Of a DNA stretch of 64,000 nucleotides, positions 61,389-64,000 are shown piece by piece. Each line of letters opens with the position of its first letter. Within the stretch, counting starts at the first letter, position 1. Both the position numbers and the translations under genes were made by a program. The stretch comes from a bacterium. Its GTDB lineage: Bacteria; UBA8248. Under the pieces are notes generated by a model. The model saw nothing but the letters and a program-made list of their open reading frames with translations. It made no database searches and was not told the DNA's origin. The stretch lies in contig CBDBBI010000010.1 in the NCBI GenBank assembly GCA_965202625.1, positions 2,816,001-2,880,000 of the forward strand, written 5' to 3'.

Positions 61389-62918
61389 ATGAACATGCGA
61401 GGGGAATCCACGTTTGACCTGGTGTCCATCGGCGGAGGGGTGGGCGGGCTGGTGGCATCGGTGGGTGCGGCGCAGCTGGGCGCCAAGGCCGCGCTCATCG
61501 AGAAGACGAGGCTCGGCGGCGACTGCCTGAACTACGGGTGCGTGCCCTCGAAGGGACTGATACGTTCGGCGCGGCTGGCCGCCCAGGCGCGCGCCCTGTC
61601 CGAGTTTGGAGTCGAGACGGGGGAGGTGCGGGTCGATTTTCCCCGCGTGATGGAGCGGATGAAGGCGGCCCAGGCGCACATCGGCGCGCATGACGCACCC
61701 GAGCGTTTCGAGGGCATGGGGGTGGAGGTGATCTTCGGCGACGGCGCCTTCACCGGCCCCGACGCGTTTCAGGTGGGGGGCAGGACGATTCGCGCCAAGC
61801 GGTTCCTGCTGGCCACGGGAAGCTCCCCCGCCGTGCCGCCCGTCTCCGGTCTGAAGGACGTCCCCTATCTGACGAACGAGACCGTCTTCGATCTGGAAGA
61901 ATTGCCGCGCCGCCTCGTCGTGCTGGGGGCCGGGCCCATCGGCCTGGAGCTCTCCCAGGCGTTTCATCAGCTGGGCGCCGACGTGGACGTGCTGCAGCGC
62001 GCGCCGAAGCTCCTGCCGAGGCTTGATGCGGAAATGGCGGCGATTCTGGCCAATTCGCTTGAAAAATCCGGCCTCAAACTCCATTTCAACGTGGACGCGC
62101 AAAGAATCGAGCAGCGCGGCGATGAGATTCGCATCGAAGCGGACACGCCTTCGGGGAGGAGGGAATGGGTCTGCGATCAGCTGCTCGTCGCCACGGGCCG
62201 CGCACCCAACGTGGGGGGAATGGACCTGGAGAAGGCGGGCGTGCGCTCCACGCCGCGCGGCGTGGAGACGGACGCCTACCTCCAGACGGAGAATCCGCGC
62301 GTATTCGCCGCCGGCGACGTCCGGGGGCAGTATCTTTTCACCCACATGGCGGAATACGAGGCGGGCGTGGCGCTGCGGAACATGCTCTTCAGCGCCCCTT
62401 TTGGCGTTCCGCTCCCCTTTCTCAAGAAAAAGACGAACTATGACGCCGTGCCCTGGACGATCTACACGACTCCCGAGGCGGCACACGTCGGCCTGAGCGA
62501 GGCGGAAGCCAGGGCGGCACTGGGGGAGAATCGCGTCCAGGTGCTCCGCTTTCCGATGAGTCGGGTGGATCGCGCCGTTCTGGACGGCGAGACGGAGGGC
62601 TGCTGCAAGGTGGTGTGCGACGAGAAGGGCAGGCTCGTAGGTGCCGATCTGGTGGGGCCCTCGGCGGGAGAGATACTCCACGAGTTCGCCCTGGCCGTTC
62701 GCAAGCGGATGCACGTCAGGGAGGTGGTGGATACGGTGCACGTGTATCCCACTCTGGCGCAGGTGAACAAGAGGGTCGCGGGCCGGTTCTACGCCGAGAA
62801 GCTCTTCAACCCCGCCTTCAGGAAGAAGATGCGGCGCGTGTTCGGGCTGAGGGGGAGGATCGAGGTGAGCGACCCCGCCGATGCGGGCGGGGGCGGAGCG
62901 GGAGAGCAGGCACACTAG
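61389..62918 (+). CDS. FAD-dependent pyridine nucleotide-disulfide oxidoreductase (dihydrolipoamide dehydrogenase/MerA-like)
   Basis: GGGVGG, GGDCLNYGCVPSK, GAGPIG.E and HVYPTL. It lacks the C-terminal CC pair of true MerA. Confidence 0.9.
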   Translation: MNMRGESTFDLVSIGGGVGGLVASVGAAQLGAKAALIEKTRLGGDCLNYGCVPSKGLIRSARLAAQARALSEFGVETGEVRVDFPRVMERMKAAQAHIGAHDAPERFEGMGVEVIFGDGAFTGPDAFQVGGRTIRAKRFLLATGSSPAVPPVSGLKDVPYLTNETVFDLEELPRRLVVLGAGPIGLELSQAFHQLGADVDVLQRAPKLLPRLDAEMAAILANSLEKSGLKLHFNVDAQRIEQRGDEIRIEADTPSGRREWVCDQLLVATGRAPNVGGMDLEKAGVRSTPRGVETDAYLQTENPRVFAAGDVRGQYLFTHMAEYEAGVALRNMLFSAPFGVPLPFLKKKTNYDAVPWTIYTTPEAAHVGLSEAEARAALGENRVQVLRFPMSRVDRAVLDGETEGCCKVVCDEKGRLVGADLVGPSAGEILHEFALAVRKRMHVREVVDTVHVYPTLAQVNKRVAGRFYAEKLFNPAFRKKMRRVFGLRGRIEVSDPADAGGGGAGEQAH

Positions 62919-63493
62919 GCGTCGAAACCCCTCGTTTCTGGCGCATCCGGCCCCAAGGCGCGGCGGATTTCAGGCAGCAGGGAATCGGCCATCTTTCGCC
63001 TGTAGCGGCTTCGCTCCCGTCGGCATTCGCTCTTGAGGACGGCCGCGTATATCTCTATCGCGTTCAGGCGGGGGACCCACGCGGCCGCGGGGTATCTGCC
63101 CGCCGCGCGCACGGCTTCGGGAAGGGGGAGGGCGAGAAGCCGGATGGGTATGTGCCGGGCCTTGATTGCATCCGCCGCCTCCGGAGGAACGTCCTCCTTG
63201 ATGACGTCCTCGAGAGCGTGCTCCATCAGCAGTATCTCCTCCTCCAAAATTTCCGGAAAGAAAGACTCCATGAATTCGAGGAGCACCGCTTCGTCGGCGG
63301 GAACGTCCGGCTCCTTCGGGGGGAGGATGGCTTTTCGGTATTCGGAGAGCCTCGCGCTTCCCGTGATGGCGAAGAAGATGATCGCCCCGAGTGCGATGAC
63401 GCCCCCAAACCAGGCAAGGCCGACGAGGGGGGTCAGGTAGGGTTTCCACCACCAGTGTTGCAGGAAATTCCAGTCGCCCAGAAGGTTCGCCAT
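62915..63493 (-). CDS. Membrane-anchored hypothetical protein (weakly zincin-like C-terminus, no HExxH)
   Basis: One N-terminal TM segment; fills the gap between identified genes. Confidence 0.55.
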   Translation of the reverse strand: MANLLGDWNFLQHWWWKPYLTPLVGLAWFGGVIALGAIIFFAITGSARLSEYRKAILPPKEPDVPADEAVLLEFMESFFPEILEEEILLMEHALEDVIKEDVPPEAADAIKARHIPIRLLALPLPEAVRAAGRYPAAAWVPRLNAIEIYAAVLKSECRRERSRYRRKMADSLLPEIRRALGPDAPETRGFDA

Positions 63494-63558
63494 CGGGAGA
63501 GCGTCCAGAGGATGCGGCGCGCGAACGACGCGAGATGCTTTCCGCCGTGCGGCGCGTT

Positions 63559-64000
63559 CTAGCCCTCAAGGCTCATAAGCATGGGCTCCTCGAGCGCGTC
63601 GGCCACCCACCTGAGGAATTTGACGCCCGCCGCCCCGTCGATGGCGCGGTGATCGTAGGAGACCATGAGCGGGAGCATGAGGCGCGGCTCGAATTTCTCT
63701 CCCCGCCAGAGCGGCTCGACGCGCGCGCGCGAGACGCCGAGGATGGCGACTTCGGGCCAGTTCACGATCGGGGTGAAGTGCGTCCCCCCGAAGCCTCCGA
63801 GGTTCGTGATGGTGATGCAGCCGCCCTGCATGTCGTCCGGAGCGAGCTTTCTCTCTCTGGCGCGCTGGGCGGCCTCGCGCAGCTCCGCCGACAGCTCGAT
63901 GATGTTCTTCTTGTTCGCGTCGCGTATCACCGGAACGAGCAGGCCGTTTTCGGTGTCCACGGCGACGCCCACGTGGGCGTAGTTTTTATAGACGATCTCC
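63559..64000 (-). CDS. 2-oxo-acid dehydrogenase E2 (dihydrolipoamide acyltransferase), 3' part
   Basis: [29 protein letters not shown] and [10 protein letters not shown]; runs off the window edge. Confidence 0.92.
   Translation of the reverse strand, partial: EIVYKNYAHVGVAVDTENGLLVPVIRDANKKNIIELSAELREAAQRARERKLAPDDMQGGCITITNLGGFGGTHFTPIVNWPEVAILGVSRARVEPLWRGEKFEPRLMLPLMVSYDHRAIDGAAGVKFLRWVADALEEPMLMSLEG

Noticed and set aside
61389-62918. Mercuric reductase merA
   Set aside because: Lacks the C-terminal Cys-Cys pair, the NmerA domain and any mer operon context.

Overview
GC-rich bacterial chromosomal window with no rRNA, tRNA, CRISPR array or integrase seen. It holds metabolic and transport genes: a two-component system, a complete mrpABCDEFG antiporter operon, two Liv-type ABC importers, a SucCD-like ligase cluster, hydrolases and msrB. 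Solitary defence genes are scattered among them: a GIY-YIG remnant, an Mrr-like nuclease, a type III RM pair, a type ISP/IIG-like RM enzyme, a PD-(D/E)XK nuclease and FRG-TPR paralogues. The most unusual items are: (1) a minus-strand cluster at 5363-9960 with two exported proteins carrying about 76 Cys-containing NPC(A/G)x(K) repeats, one fused to a TsdA/SoxA-like heme domain, beside a diheme cytochrome c, a four-His cytochrome b-like membrane protein and an FGE-fold protein; (2) a selenoprotein missed by the ORF track, a UxxC glutaredoxin fused to DinB with a SECIS-like hairpin, at 60262-61014; (3) a rearranged FRG-TPR tandem array interrupted by a foreign agmatinase/IS1595 fragment bounded by a 120-bp inverted repeat. 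Several single-base frameshifts suggest assembly errors. All family calls come from motif recognition, not database searches.
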